Shown one piece after another: positions 20,101 to 29,102 of a stretch of 63,684 bases of DNA (positions within the stretch are counted from its first letter, which is position 1; every line of letters begins with the position of its first letter). Position numbers and translations under genes: made by a program. The stretch is from positions 1-63,684 of the forward strand of contig CASEHF010000002.1 in the NCBI GenBank assembly GCA_949287685.1. The letters run 5' to 3'. Below the pieces are notes generated by a model. That model did not search any database. It saw only the letters and a list, made by a program, of their open reading frames with translations, and was not told the origin of the DNA. This DNA comes from an uncultured Christensenella sp. (GTDB lineage: Bacteria > Bacillota > Clostridia > Christensenellales > UBA1242).

Positions 20101-20933
20101 ACACATACATAGACTTTGGATACAACTTTGAAATACTCACAGATGCGAGTGCAACCGAAACAGGCACATACACAATCATCGCCACTTGCCACAACCCTAA
20201 TATAGTGTTACTTAACCCGAAGCACACCTATACGATTATCCCCCGCGAGTGCAAGGTGGTCTGGGTAAACACCGTATACTACTACGATAGCACAGTTAAG
20301 ACTCCAGGGTATACTTTGGAGTATGATAGTACAGACCTCAACCCAAGCGCTTTACCCGTGGTGCAGATTACGGGGGTTAGCGCAGACATTGGCACTCACG
20401 AGGTACTGGCTGTTTGCAATAGCAAGAACTATACCCTCCTAAGCTCCTCCACCACATACCAAATACTAGCAAACGAGGTTACCGCACACACTGGCGGGGA
20501 GTTGAGCCTGTCTGTGTCTGGAGCGATAGATAGAACTGCCGAGGTGAGCGCTGAGAGTATAACGAACACACAAGCAGCACTCCCTACGGAATACTCGCTA
20601 ATCTTTGCACTAAACATAGAGACCACCTCAAAGACAGGAGACCTAAATATAGAGATAGGCAGCCTACCGAGCCTAAAGGAAGGGTTTAAGATACTCACCC
20701 TAGATACAGAACCTAGAGAGATAGAGTACACCTACGAAAACGGAATACTAACATTCAAGACAGACACCTTGGGCACCTTTTACTTCGTGTACCCGAAACA
20801 AGACCCCCACCTAAGCCCACTATACAGCCTACTCCTCCTCCCACTCCTCCCTATAACACTAATCTATATAATTAGGAAACTTAAACAGCACAATAAATTG
20901 AAAAAGAAAAATTCACCCAACACTTTTAATTAG
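17160..20933 (+). CDS. Large surface protein: Q/S/T-rich N-terminus, TM helix, GLUG-type block, at least 8 tandem ~75-aa MBG-like repeats and a C-terminal TM anchor
   Basis: The start is set at MKNSTQHF (AGAGGG RBS). The TM helix is VLMLGFMLFVLFLFGGVLFLY. GTFNGNGHSITG, YNGLFG and IGGLAG motifs are present. The repeats follow Y.I.PY.L.I.W....HTF(N/D)NTPF.P...Y.LPF.Y......TG.YTA......KNI.I.N. The C-terminus is LLLLPLLPITLIYIIRKLK. Confidence 0.8.
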   Translation: MKNSTQHFQSSNQLGAQSNTNLSTNSSAQPDTNLSTQLSVLLDTTQSSKLSTQLSAQLNTNLDTQSNTPLNTQPDTNPTAQPSTQPHTYFNPCYVSQKSIDSGAYTQSISANTLLTKAQNASKAPSILYTRNTRAGMQVGHTISKIKPVLMLGFMLFVLFLFGGVLFLYNLTYSTQAYTSALNLNDTTLANISSTSTQATNTVLLNTSTVPISTEAGLISFANRVNAGEVSLSATLEADIHLSSPWVGIGTNSNRYAGTFNGNGHSITGCMETGSNYNGLFGVLDSTASIQNLEVINAISGNNQELGTRIGGLAGTAFGGTISNCSITLELSGDFSDKSRYFGGVAGQNRSSLDTPLTIQSSAVYISGVYSLGGGYIAPISPHGKYCNVYTSVLYAPSTIPASTYNTPMLNNSFYLECTDTEDLTDVLGTTFVYCPICLRMELDLFRCQSTPPSPIVLSVSLAKDSYTYSTATPALEFAPLDTGTDEVYIEYEVSGWTVGTQTAYLSLVGKDKDKYTLENSTLSFYITPLVLDIDISAQSSVYGEPLKDIVYTLSPACDVSISFSLVGDTTTLPNAGTYSIVPEVLDSNYTLNYTESSYTILKKEVSLVWDTQKLYFNNTPQHPSAYISNLDYTPIELSYLGGGVNAGEHTIKAVLSDANLVILNDTHTYTIYPYTLDISWENTVHTFNNAPFVPTLRYTLPFEYNLSIQSLGAQTYAGTYTAISSTQDKNITILNPECQFEIKPYPLTITWGTSIHTFNNTPFIPSIEYSLPFSYALDIELSSPQVNTGVYTARASVQDKNILIENPSIEYEIKPYAITLVWGECVHTFDNTPFSPAYTYTLPFEYTPNIQAPTKETNTGTYLGIASSLNKNITILNPEIEYTIIAYNLDISWESTVHTFDNTLYFPAYEYTIPFQYTLNLMETGTEINAGTYTATLSSLDKNITLNNSSTEYTIKQREVYLTWESTKYLYTGYIIRPEYTYIDFGYNFEILTDASATETGTYTIIATCHNPNIVLLNPKHTYTIIPRECKVVWVNTVYYYDSTVKTPGYTLEYDSTDLNPSALPVVQITGVSADIGTHEVLAVCNSKNYTLLSSSTTYQILANEVTAHTGGELSLSVSGAIDRTAEVSAESITNTQAALPTEYSLIFALNIETTSKTGDLNIEIGSLPSLKEGFKILTLDTEPREIEYTYENGILTFKTDTLGTFYFVYPKQDPHLSPLYSLLLLPLLPITLIYIIRKLKQHNKLKKKNSPNTFN

Positions 20934-21020
20934 AAAACCTAAACTTAGATTTCCTACGCTAAAAAATGAACCAACCTCAAAAAAAGTAGACACCAATAAA
21001 ACTTTTCAGCTTATATTATA

Positions 21021-21050
21021 CAAGCACTAGCAGACATTTGCTAGTGCTTG
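21021..21050. terminator. Bidirectional hairpin between convergent genes
   Basis: Perfect 12-bp stem CAAGCACTAGCA / TGCTAGTGCTTG with the 6-nt loop GACATT. The U-tracts are weak on both sides. Confidence 0.45.
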
Positions 21051-21288
21051 TGCTTTAATATGGTTGTATATTTCTTGTTTAATATTTACTGAAAAATTTG
21101 TATTTTTTAATGTAATTTGCAATTTTTTAGATATTATTTATTAGGAAAGTAAAATTAGGAGCCGATTTTTTATGCTGATAGATACTAATATACTTAATTA
21201 TATCAACAAAGTTATATAAAGAGATGAAAATGAACTAAATCTAAAAACAGTCTCAAAAGCCACACTAATATAAGGTATTATATTTGAA

Positions 21289-22440
21289 TTAAAGAAGTTT
21301 TTCTTTCAGCAATAAGGTATGTAGAGTTTGATTAAAACCAAAGGCTGTCATCAGGTCTTCAGCCTCTTTTTTATAATTTTCGCGAATATTCTTAGAAATT
21401 TCGGTCAAATTTGCACGAATTAACAAGTTTTTCGGAGTATGTTCAAAGCCAATAAATTCAATCAAATCTACATTGTATGACATAGCGCGTAAGAGATTGC
21501 AACGAATAATGTCAGTAAAATCAGCAGAAATCCGCTCTTTTATAACGCCATAACGAGTAATTATAGGTAAAAAACTCGATTTAATTTGCGAATTAACCTC
21601 GTGCTGGCAGCAAGGCACCGAAAAAATCATTTTTACGCCCCATTTCACCGCATTAAACAAAGCATAATCAGTAGCGACATCACAAGCGTGCAGCGTAATA
21701 ATCATATCGACCGAAGTTGAAGGCTCGTAGTCACTAATATCCCCCAATTCGAATTTTAAGCCCGAATAATTGTATTTTTTCGCTGTTTTGTTGCATTTTT
21801 CAATGACATCAGCCTTTAAATCTAGCCCCGTGATTGTAATATCTATATTTTTAATAAATTTAAAATAGTAATAAACTAAAAATGTTAGATATGACTTTCC
21901 ACACCCAAAATCAATTATATTTATCGATTTTTTGTTGTAATTTTTAATATAATCATCAATTAACTCAATAAAGCGATTAATTTGCTTGAACTTATCATAC
22001 ATTGAATGCACGACTTTGCCCTCTTTGGTAAAAATCCCCATATCGATTAATGGCTCAATATTCTCGCCCTCGGCAAAAATATAGTTTTTGGTGCGATTAT
22101 TTCCTGAAAAAGTGTCAATTTTGCTTTTATTTTTTAATTTATTTAAGAATATTTTGCTATTTTTTGATATTTTTATGATAAATTCATTATCTTTATTAAA
22201 AAAATTAAACTGCTTGAAATTTTCAGCAAAAGCAAGCAATGCTTCCAACAATTCATTTACTTTAATATTAGAAGTAAAAGATTGCTTTTGAGTATATCTC
22301 ACAACCATAAAATAATCTTGTTTATTATAAATATCTACTCGGATACCCAATTCTTTTTTTATAGGGTTACTGATAACGATTTTTTCAATCTTATGTTCCA
22401 ATACACTGCCTATTTTTTCTCTCAATTCGATTTTATCCAT
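21289..22440 (-). CDS. Class I SAM-dependent methyltransferase (Methyltransf_32-like)
   Basis: IIDFGCGKSYLT motif I and LHACDVATD. The start is set at MDKIELREK (AGGTGA RBS). The gene is noticeably AT-rich. Confidence 0.65.
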   Translation of the reverse strand: MDKIELREKIGSVLEHKIEKIVISNPIKKELGIRVDIYNKQDYFMVVRYTQKQSFTSNIKVNELLEALLAFAENFKQFNFFNKDNEFIIKISKNSKIFLNKLKNKSKIDTFSGNNRTKNYIFAEGENIEPLIDMGIFTKEGKVVHSMYDKFKQINRFIELIDDYIKNYNKKSINIIDFGCGKSYLTFLVYYYFKFIKNIDITITGLDLKADVIEKCNKTAKKYNYSGLKFELGDISDYEPSTSVDMIITLHACDVATDYALFNAVKWGVKMIFSVPCCQHEVNSQIKSSFLPIITRYGVIKERISADFTDIIRCNLLRAMSYNVDLIEFIGFEHTPKNLLIRANLTEISKNIRENYKKEAEDLMTAFGFNQTLHTLLLKEKLL

Positions 22441-22490
22441 TTTATCACCTGTTTTTTGAAAGATTATAATAAAAACGCATCTTAAAGTCA

Positions 22491-22523
22491 ATACTATGCA
22501 TTTAAAAATTAATGCATAGTACT
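22491..22523. repeat. Family-2 inverted pair ATACTATGCAT / ATGCATAGTACT upstream of the methyltransferase gene
   Basis: The arms lie at 22491-22501 and 22512-22523, are separated by 10 nt, and are 10/11 complementary. Confidence 0.6.
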
Positions 22524-22582
22524 TAAAAATCGTTGTTTTTTCGCTTTTTTATATATTATTTATGAAAATAATCAAAATCATG

Positions 22583-22941
22583 GTTTTGATGGTTGTCTAC
22601 GGTTAGTTTAGAATGTTTTAAGAGGAATAGATCCTTCGTCTAAAGGCTACGAGGGTCGACACTCAGGATGCCTTCCCGCTCGCGGGAAGTCTGGCGCGTG
22701 AATGACCACTACAATTAGAAAAGCATACTCTCGCGCCAGCCCCCTCATTCCGCTTGAAATACCGTATCGCGTATGCGACTACGCACTTTCTTATCGGGGG
22801 TGTGCCTACGCACCGCGAGTACGACTTTATGCTATTTTATTGTTTATACAACTTTATGGTATTTACTGTTGGTACGACTTATTCTTTCGTATTGCGGGTG
22901 CGGCTACGCACCGCCCACACACCGCGCCAGCCATGCACCCT
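22583..22941 (+). repeat. Family-1 mosaic repeat, locus C (truncated left module, one M unit, R2 right module)
   Basis: GGTTGTCTACGGTTAGTTTAGAATGTTTT followed by AAGAGGAATAGATCCTTCG at 22620. The M unit carries the CTTCCCG-CTCG-CGGGAAG and CTGGCGCG...CGCGCCAG hairpins. The R2 module is shared with locus E. Confidence 0.85.
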
Positions 22942-23037
22942 TTTAATTAAATTTTTCGATAAAACACTACCATATTTATAAAAAATAGTTTAAAAAATTT
23001 TAGTTTTGGTAAATATTTTAGCATAAGGAGGTAAATT

Positions 23038-24300
23038 ATGAATCCATTCGAAGTCGAATCAAAAGAAGTAAATGCATACTTTATGAACTGGGATAAAATG
23101 TACGAAAAGCCATACAACAAAAAAACCGCCGACCCATTCACAAAAGTGCGCGTAATACTAATGAACGGGACCGAATTTGAATCCAACTGGTTTTTACATC
23201 AATTTGCTAGACACTGTAATATTCCCGAACTTAAACGAGAACTAGCAATTATTCGAGCCCAAGAGCAACAGCAACAAAAGCGTATCGCAAGCCTCAAGCC
23301 CAAAAATGAAAATATGCTAGAAACTACTATTGCCTACGAGCAGTTAGCAATTGAACTGACCGCGGTTTTAGCGCAAAACGAACACAACAAAGATAACTTA
23401 AACGCTCTAAATTTCGCGTTACTTGAGGACTTTGACCACCTATACCGCTTTGCAAACTTGCTAAAAATGGACTACGGCATCGACAGTGATTTTTTAGTAG
23501 GCAAACTAACAGAGATTATGCCTGGTCGCCCCACAATTTCCGAACACCGCTACCCCAGTGACAACATCAAACGCGCCTTAAACAACAAAACTGCACATCC
23601 GCAATCGGTGTTAATTTCGAATATCATTACGGCAGCAGAGCAGCAAACTATGAATTTTTATATGAATTTAGCGAATTTTTATAAAAACGACTACGGGCGC
23701 AAACTTTTTAGCGAAATAGCACTGATTGAGGAGCAGCATGTTTCGCAATACGAGTCCCTAAAAGACCCAAACATGACCTGGCTCGAGTGCTGGGTGTTAC
23801 ACGAATACACTGAAGCATATCTATATTATTCAATGATGAATGATGAAACAGATGAGCATATCAGAGCGGTTTGGGAGGACCATTTTTATATGGAGGTGGC
23901 GCATTTAAAAAGAGCCTCCGAATTGTTAGAAAAATACGAGAAAAAAGCCTATACCGATGTTATCCCCAACCCCACTTTTCCTAAACTTCTAAAATTTGGA
24001 GAAAATAAAGAATATATTCGAAAAGTAATCGAAAGCACCGTTACATTAACAGGTAATGGTGAGGATTATATCGAAAATACAAGACTACCCAATGATGCCC
24101 TATTCTTTAGACAACAGCGCACCATCAACACAGACACTGATACAGTACCCAGCCACGATGTAATCGTTCGCAGCATTAAAAAGCTCGGAAAAGACTATCG
24201 CTATCAAGACAAACCCCACCCTATCCCCGAACTAGATAATCGCAAAAAAGACAACACAACAATTGGTCGAGAAGGATTAACAAATAGCACTACCGAATAA
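23038..24300 (+). CDS. Ferritin-like (diiron-carboxylate four-helix-bundle superfamily) protein, function unknown
   Basis: Strong RBS (TAAGGAGG). Candidate metal-ligand motifs are LLEDFDH, AAEQQ, IEEQH and HEYTEAY, spaced as in ferritin-like folds. Confidence 0.4.
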   Translation: MNPFEVESKEVNAYFMNWDKMYEKPYNKKTADPFTKVRVILMNGTEFESNWFLHQFARHCNIPELKRELAIIRAQEQQQQKRIASLKPKNENMLETTIAYEQLAIELTAVLAQNEHNKDNLNALNFALLEDFDHLYRFANLLKMDYGIDSDFLVGKLTEIMPGRPTISEHRYPSDNIKRALNNKTAHPQSVLISNIITAAEQQTMNFYMNLANFYKNDYGRKLFSEIALIEEQHVSQYESLKDPNMTWLECWVLHEYTEAYLYYSMMNDETDEHIRAVWEDHFYMEVAHLKRASELLEKYEKKAYTDVIPNPTFPKLLKFGENKEYIRKVIESTVTLTGNGEDYIENTRLPNDALFFRQQRTINTDTDTVPSHDVIVRSIKKLGKDYRYQDKPHPIPELDNRKKDNTTIGREGLTNSTTE

Positions 24301-24845
24301 ATCAACAACCCTAAAACACCATAGAAAACTTATTTTTTAGGTATTTTTTCGTATTTTTTTATGAATTTAGATAATTTTTATAATATTTGATATGGATATA
24401 CTGTTTTTATGAATTTGTTAAAAATAGAAATGCAAAAACACGCCTAAAATCTCTTGCAAAATCATAATACTATGCAATGAAATAACATCTCATTATACAC
24501 CATAATAGTCATAGTATTACACTTTCTTAGCCACTAACAACATACAGTAAATTCATATTTAAAGCACAAAACTAAAATATTAATTATCGAGAATTTGGTT
24601 ATTGCCAAGGTACTATGCAATGTGTACAAGTACTATGCAATTTCGAAAAATACAGAAAATTAACCAAAAATGATAAAAAAAATTACCAAAAAATCGCATT
24701 TTTACACCAATTTTAATCTTTTAAATAAAAACACAGGTTTGATGAGGAATGCTCCTAAAGTTGTCTATCTTTTAGAAGCCACTCATCTCCACCTGTGATT
24801 TTTGTTTTTAATTTGTAATAAAATTAATTATTTGTTAAAATACAA

Positions 24846-26336
24846 CTAAACATCTATGCCATATCTACTTTGAATTAAATCTTGTATTTGTTTAGTTATA
24901 TCATCACCCAAATTATTTCTTATTAATTTTTCAATTGATGTAAAATCTGCATAACCATCTCGAGATGACAAGCATTCACGATAGCAGTATGCACCAAGCT
25001 CTTCAGCTCGAATCACAACAATATTATGCCCCTCTATATCTCTACGCACACCCCTAGAAAACTTGGGTGCCACTATAAGACAAAAATCTGAACCATGCTT
25101 TATAATATGGTCCTCAATTCTACGAGCATTGATTTCTTCAAGTGCAGATTTCCTAGTTTTTGCATCCACATTCATATTATAAACACTATCTGTCTGCACT
25201 TCACGCATTGCACACAAAAGGTCTGTATTACCAGCACCCCCTATTAGTTCAACATTTTCAGTTTCCCTAAACAATTCTAGAAGTGGTTTTAATGCTTGTT
25301 CAAATTCTTTACCATTACTACTGCCATATTTTGCAGCATATGTCATTTTTGTAATCACATCCAAAGTATATTTATTTTGAGAGAAACTGTTGGAAATGCA
25401 ATTTAAATACTCTAAAGGCTCAATTTCGTACAATTCAGTCAACCAATCGCGTATTGAATAAATTCCTTCTGAATTTTGATTTATGGGAATATCAAATGCC
25501 GAAAATCTATCTCTTAGTTTAATGGCATCATGCATTACAGCATCTGTTAATTTTACATATCCAGAATGTTTAGCTCTAGATTTATAAGCATCAGTTCTTT
25601 TTGTTGACCCACTACCATGAGAAAAAGAAAATAAATTGCCATTATTATGCGCAGAATCTTCTATAATATTAAAAACACCAAATGATTCAAAAATTCTTAA
25701 AAAATAGTAATTTATTTCATGCGTAACATTGGAAAAAACATCATGATAGTCACGCACACTTTGAAACAGACTTAACTTCTGCAAATAAGATAACTGTCTA
25801 TATTCCAAAATACTCTCAATTAATTCATCATATATAATTTCATTAATTTTTTCCAAGAAAGGCAAGAACCATATCATTTCATCAATATAAAGTTTTTGCT
25901 CAATTCTTTCATCCAATAATAATTTAACAATCAAACGACCAAAATATATGTTAAAATTAGCTGGGGTAAGACTATATGGCTGTGGAAATTGCATGCTAAA
26001 CAAATTAATCAAAAAATTAGAGCTTTTTTCTATTAAATTTTTATCATTATTCAAAATATTTAATGTCATGGGAGATGGTATAAATTTATTTTCTATTTTA
26101 TAACCAAACATATAAAAACACATTTGGCTAAACCTAACACCCATTGTATTAACACTCCCAAAAACTGATCGACCTCGATATAAATTTCTATCCCTTAACT
26201 CTTGTTGCACTCGACCAAAATCCACATTGTTACCTAAAGTTTTTAATGCTTCTACATAGGCACTCATTAATTCTGAAGAACTAATGTTTTTTTGTAAAAT
26301 CCATTTATTATCTTTGCTTCTTTTTAATGATATCAT
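24846..26336 (-). CDS. Putative type IIS-like restriction endonuclease
   Basis: The start lies 10 nt after the stop of the second methyltransferase. A candidate PD-(D/E)xK signature (NTDLL ... NVDAK, coding near 25155-25172) sits in the C-terminal third. The gene is AT-rich. Confidence 0.6.
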   Translation of the reverse strand: MISLKRSKDNKWILQKNISSSELMSAYVEALKTLGNNVDFGRVQQELRDRNLYRGRSVFGSVNTMGVRFSQMCFYMFGYKIENKFIPSPMTLNILNNDKNLIEKSSNFLINLFSMQFPQPYSLTPANFNIYFGRLIVKLLLDERIEQKLYIDEMIWFLPFLEKINEIIYDELIESILEYRQLSYLQKLSLFQSVRDYHDVFSNVTHEINYYFLRIFESFGVFNIIEDSAHNNGNLFSFSHGSGSTKRTDAYKSRAKHSGYVKLTDAVMHDAIKLRDRFSAFDIPINQNSEGIYSIRDWLTELYEIEPLEYLNCISNSFSQNKYTLDVITKMTYAAKYGSSNGKEFEQALKPLLELFRETENVELIGGAGNTDLLCAMREVQTDSVYNMNVDAKTRKSALEEINARRIEDHIIKHGSDFCLIVAPKFSRGVRRDIEGHNIVVIRAEELGAYCYRECLSSRDGYADFTSIEKLIRNNLGDDITKQIQDLIQSRYGIDV

Positions 26337-26346
26337 TATACCCCCC

Positions 26347-27393
26347 TTAATTTTTGCCTATTTTATCTACTATCGCCTTGCTCAATCTTGGTGGAATTGC
26401 CTCACCAATAACAGTCCTTATAAGATTATCAGTACACCAATTAGGTAAATCCCAATCTGCAGGCAAAGAACTAACTATAAACAACTCTCGCAAAGTTAGC
26501 ACTCTTGCATCGCTGTAAGTGCCATCCTCCAACAACCTACCAGGATGAACATTATTATGTCCACCCATATTACCATTGTTCATTGCTCTTGCAGGACAAG
26601 GTTCATCCCATTTCATTCTTTTATAGGTATTATGAAAACCTTTTATTCTTTCCCCATTAGATTTTTTTGGATAATAATACTCATTCTTTAGAGCAGAGCA
26701 CCCCTCGCTAGTGTGCTTCATCGCAGTAATTTCCCTATCATTATGACACTTTGCGTAATGCCATTTAATACCACTATCTTGTCCAGATTCAAGCGAAGGC
26801 AATCCTCCAATTGCCTCCCTTAAAGTTATCTCTTTTTGTTTTAATGGTTTACCCCACACCAAACCCTTCTTCCACAATCTAATAAAGCCTCTTGGGCGGC
26901 TTTGAGGAACACCATAATCTTTAGCATTTAACACAAATGAATCAATGTTATATTTAGATGAATACTTGTCATTAATAATTTCTAGTAAGGTTTTCAATTT
27001 GTTTTTATATGGAAAATATAATTTTAAAAATTTGGGAACATTTTCAATTAAAATGTAATTAAAATCACCCCTATCCATTATATCAAAAACATAAAAAATT
27101 AAGTAATTTCTCTTGTCATTGTTATAATCTTTTTTACCTAAGCTACTCATACCTTGACAAGGAGGAGTAGCAATTAAAAATTCACACTTTTCTGCAGTCG
27201 CCATTTTTAAAACAGAGTTAAAAACTTTTTTATTCGTTATGTCACCACAGATTGAAGTGCAATCAGGGTATAAATAAATATGCAAATCATTTCTTTTTTT
27301 TAATAATTCATTAGATACTACTATATCAATCCCGCTTTCTTTGAAATACGTTTCAGCTATGCCAGCCCCACTAAATAAAGATAATCCCTTCAT
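26347..27393 (-). CDS. DNA (cytosine-5) methyltransferase, copy 2
   Basis: The start is set at MKGLSLFSGAG (a TAATG overlap with the upstream stop). Motifs are FSGAGIAE (I), PPCQGMS (IV), ENV (VI), QSRPR (VIII) and GEAIPP (X). Confidence 0.9.
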   Translation of the reverse strand: MKGLSLFSGAGIAETYFKESGIDIVVSNELLKKRNDLHIYLYPDCTSICGDITNKKVFNSVLKMATAEKCEFLIATPPCQGMSSLGKKDYNNDKRNYLIFYVFDIMDRGDFNYILIENVPKFLKLYFPYKNKLKTLLEIINDKYSSKYNIDSFVLNAKDYGVPQSRPRGFIRLWKKGLVWGKPLKQKEITLREAIGGLPSLESGQDSGIKWHYAKCHNDREITAMKHTSEGCSALKNEYYYPKKSNGERIKGFHNTYKRMKWDEPCPARAMNNGNMGGHNNVHPGRLLEDGTYSDARVLTLRELFIVSSLPADWDLPNWCTDNLIRTVIGEAIPPRLSKAIVDKIGKN

Positions 27394-28463
27394 TAGTTTT
27401 CTACCTTTTTTATATTTTTGCAAACTACTTCCATAAGTTTGGGAGGAACGGCTTCTCCTATCATATGCCTAATTTGAATATCAGTAGCGAATTTAGGAAT
27501 ATCAATATCGGGATTTATAGAACTTAAAATAAATAACTCCCGCAAAGTTAGTACTCTAGCATCACTATAAGTACCATCTTCCAACAGTCTACCAGGATGG
27601 ACATTACTTTGAGATGAGATAGCATCATTCCTCATGGTTATTGTCGGTGCGGGTTTGTCCCAATCAATTCTTTTATAAGATGCTGAATAACATTTTAATT
27701 TTGTTCCATCATCCTTTTGTGGATAAAACTCCGTATTTTCCACTGCTGATTTACCTGTGGGAGTGTGTTTCATCCACAATACATGCTTAGCAGAATGCTC
27801 CCTCGCATAGTGATTTTTTATATTAGATTTTTGTCCCGCCTCTAATATAGGTAAATCCCCAATAGCTTCTTTTACAGTAATTTGTTTTAAATTCTTTTTG
27901 GGATGAGAGAACTTATACCCATCCTTACATAAAACAATTATTGCTCTTAATCTATTTTGAGGGATACCATAATCAGCCGCATTATAAACTGAAACATCTA
28001 TATCATATAAAAATCCATACTTATCTCTCAATATAGACTCTAGATTTTCCATACTACTTTTATAAGGAAATTTTATATCTAAAAATCTAGCAACATTTTC
28101 AATCACAACCACTTTTGGTTTAATACTATCAATAATATCAAAAGCTGAAAAAATTAAATAATTCCTACTATCATTTAACATTTCTTCATTATTCTTATTC
28201 TTTCCAATTAAAGAAGCGCCTTGACACGGCGGAGTTGCTAGTATAAAATCTATCCCACAGGCTAACGATTGCTGAATGATATCCTCTTTTACATTCGGGC
28301 TGGTTATATCACCACATAAAACTTTTGCTTTTGGATGCCAAAATTTATGAACTTGACACCTAATTGGAAGCAGCTCATTTGCTAAAAGTATGTCTATACC
28401 GCACTTGTATAAATTCATTTCAGCAATACCAGCACTTGAAAACAATGATAACCCTTTAAGCAT
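27393..28463 (-). CDS. DNA (cytosine-5) methyltransferase, copy 1
   Basis: Motifs are FSSAGIAE (I), PPCQGAS (IV), ENV (VI), QNRLR (VIII) and GEAVPP (X). Confidence 0.9.
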   Translation of the reverse strand: MLKGLSLFSSAGIAEMNLYKCGIDILLANELLPIRCQVHKFWHPKAKVLCGDITSPNVKEDIIQQSLACGIDFILATPPCQGASLIGKNKNNEEMLNDSRNYLIFSAFDIIDSIKPKVVVIENVARFLDIKFPYKSSMENLESILRDKYGFLYDIDVSVYNAADYGIPQNRLRAIIVLCKDGYKFSHPKKNLKQITVKEAIGDLPILEAGQKSNIKNHYAREHSAKHVLWMKHTPTGKSAVENTEFYPQKDDGTKLKCYSASYKRIDWDKPAPTITMRNDAISSQSNVHPGRLLEDGTYSDARVLTLRELFILSSINPDIDIPKFATDIQIRHMIGEAVPPKLMEVVCKNIKKVEN

Positions 28464-28606
28464 TTTAACCTCTAAATCATATTTTATCTATTTGCTTAAC
28501 ATAAGTTTAAACAATAAAAAGTCACAATAATATTATAATAATTAAACGAGTTTTATTGTTTGTAAACTACTAGATATTACTTGAAAATAAATAAAGTTTC
28601 TTTAAA

Positions 28607-29041
28607 CTACAAATCGGAGCCGCAATACTTGCAGGTCTTATCCTCTGCCTTGTATGTGGCACCACAGTTTGGGCATTTGCCGCCTTTTTTCGTGTCCTGT
28701 TTTTCTGGAGCCGCTGTCGTACTAGACTCGTTTATAATAATGGTATGCGTTGGTGAAGTGTACCGCTTGCCTTTCCCCAAACCTAACAAAAAAGTACCGC
28801 CCACCATACCGAACATCCCAATTACAAATGGTATTACAAAAATGGCAGGAGACACATCGCAGTCATCAAGAAAATCCTCGACAACTTCTATAGATGAAAA
28901 CACAAACCCTAAAAAGCCACCAATTAGCAACACAATACTAATGCCTAATACAATTTTCCCCCACAAGGTGTAGCGTTTCCTTGCCTTTACTGTTTTTTCA
29001 TCACTTTCCTGTGGGTTTTCTTTTAAATCAACGACACTCAT
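28607..29041 (-). CDS. Hypothetical membrane protein (2 TM) with a C-terminal zinc ribbon
   Basis: AGAGGGG RBS. The two hydrophobic helices are IVLGISIVLLIGGFLGFVF and AIFVIPFVIGMFGMVGGTFLLGL. The C-terminal ribbon is CPNCGATYKAEDKTCKYCG. Confidence 0.6.
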   Translation of the reverse strand: MSVVDLKENPQESDEKTVKARKRYTLWGKIVLGISIVLLIGGFLGFVFSSIEVVEDFLDDCDVSPAIFVIPFVIGMFGMVGGTFLLGLGKGKRYTSPTHTIIINESSTTAAPEKQDTKKGGKCPNCGATYKAEDKTCKYCGSDL

Positions 29042-29102
29042 AACTACCCCTCTATTTATTTTTTATATTATATCACAAAAACTAGCGAAAACAAAAGCAA
29101 AT

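Noticed and set aside
22702-22981. ORFs of 82 and 75 aa inside repeat locus C, and their look-alikes at 50511-50851 in locus E. The translations (YSRASP.IPLEIPYRVCDYALSY) are conserved between loci.
   Set aside because: They lie entirely inside the family-1 repeat modules, have no RBS, and their start positions differ between copies. In other copies of the M unit the same frame stops after about 20 codons. Four of about six substitutions in the shared stretch are synonymous, but that is not significant (roughly 10% by chance). DNA-repeat conservation explains the similarity.
22947-23186. A 79-aa minus-strand ORF overlapping the start of the ferritin-like gene
   Set aside because: The sequence is AT-rich and has no RBS. 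It overlaps a strong RBS and start on the other strand.
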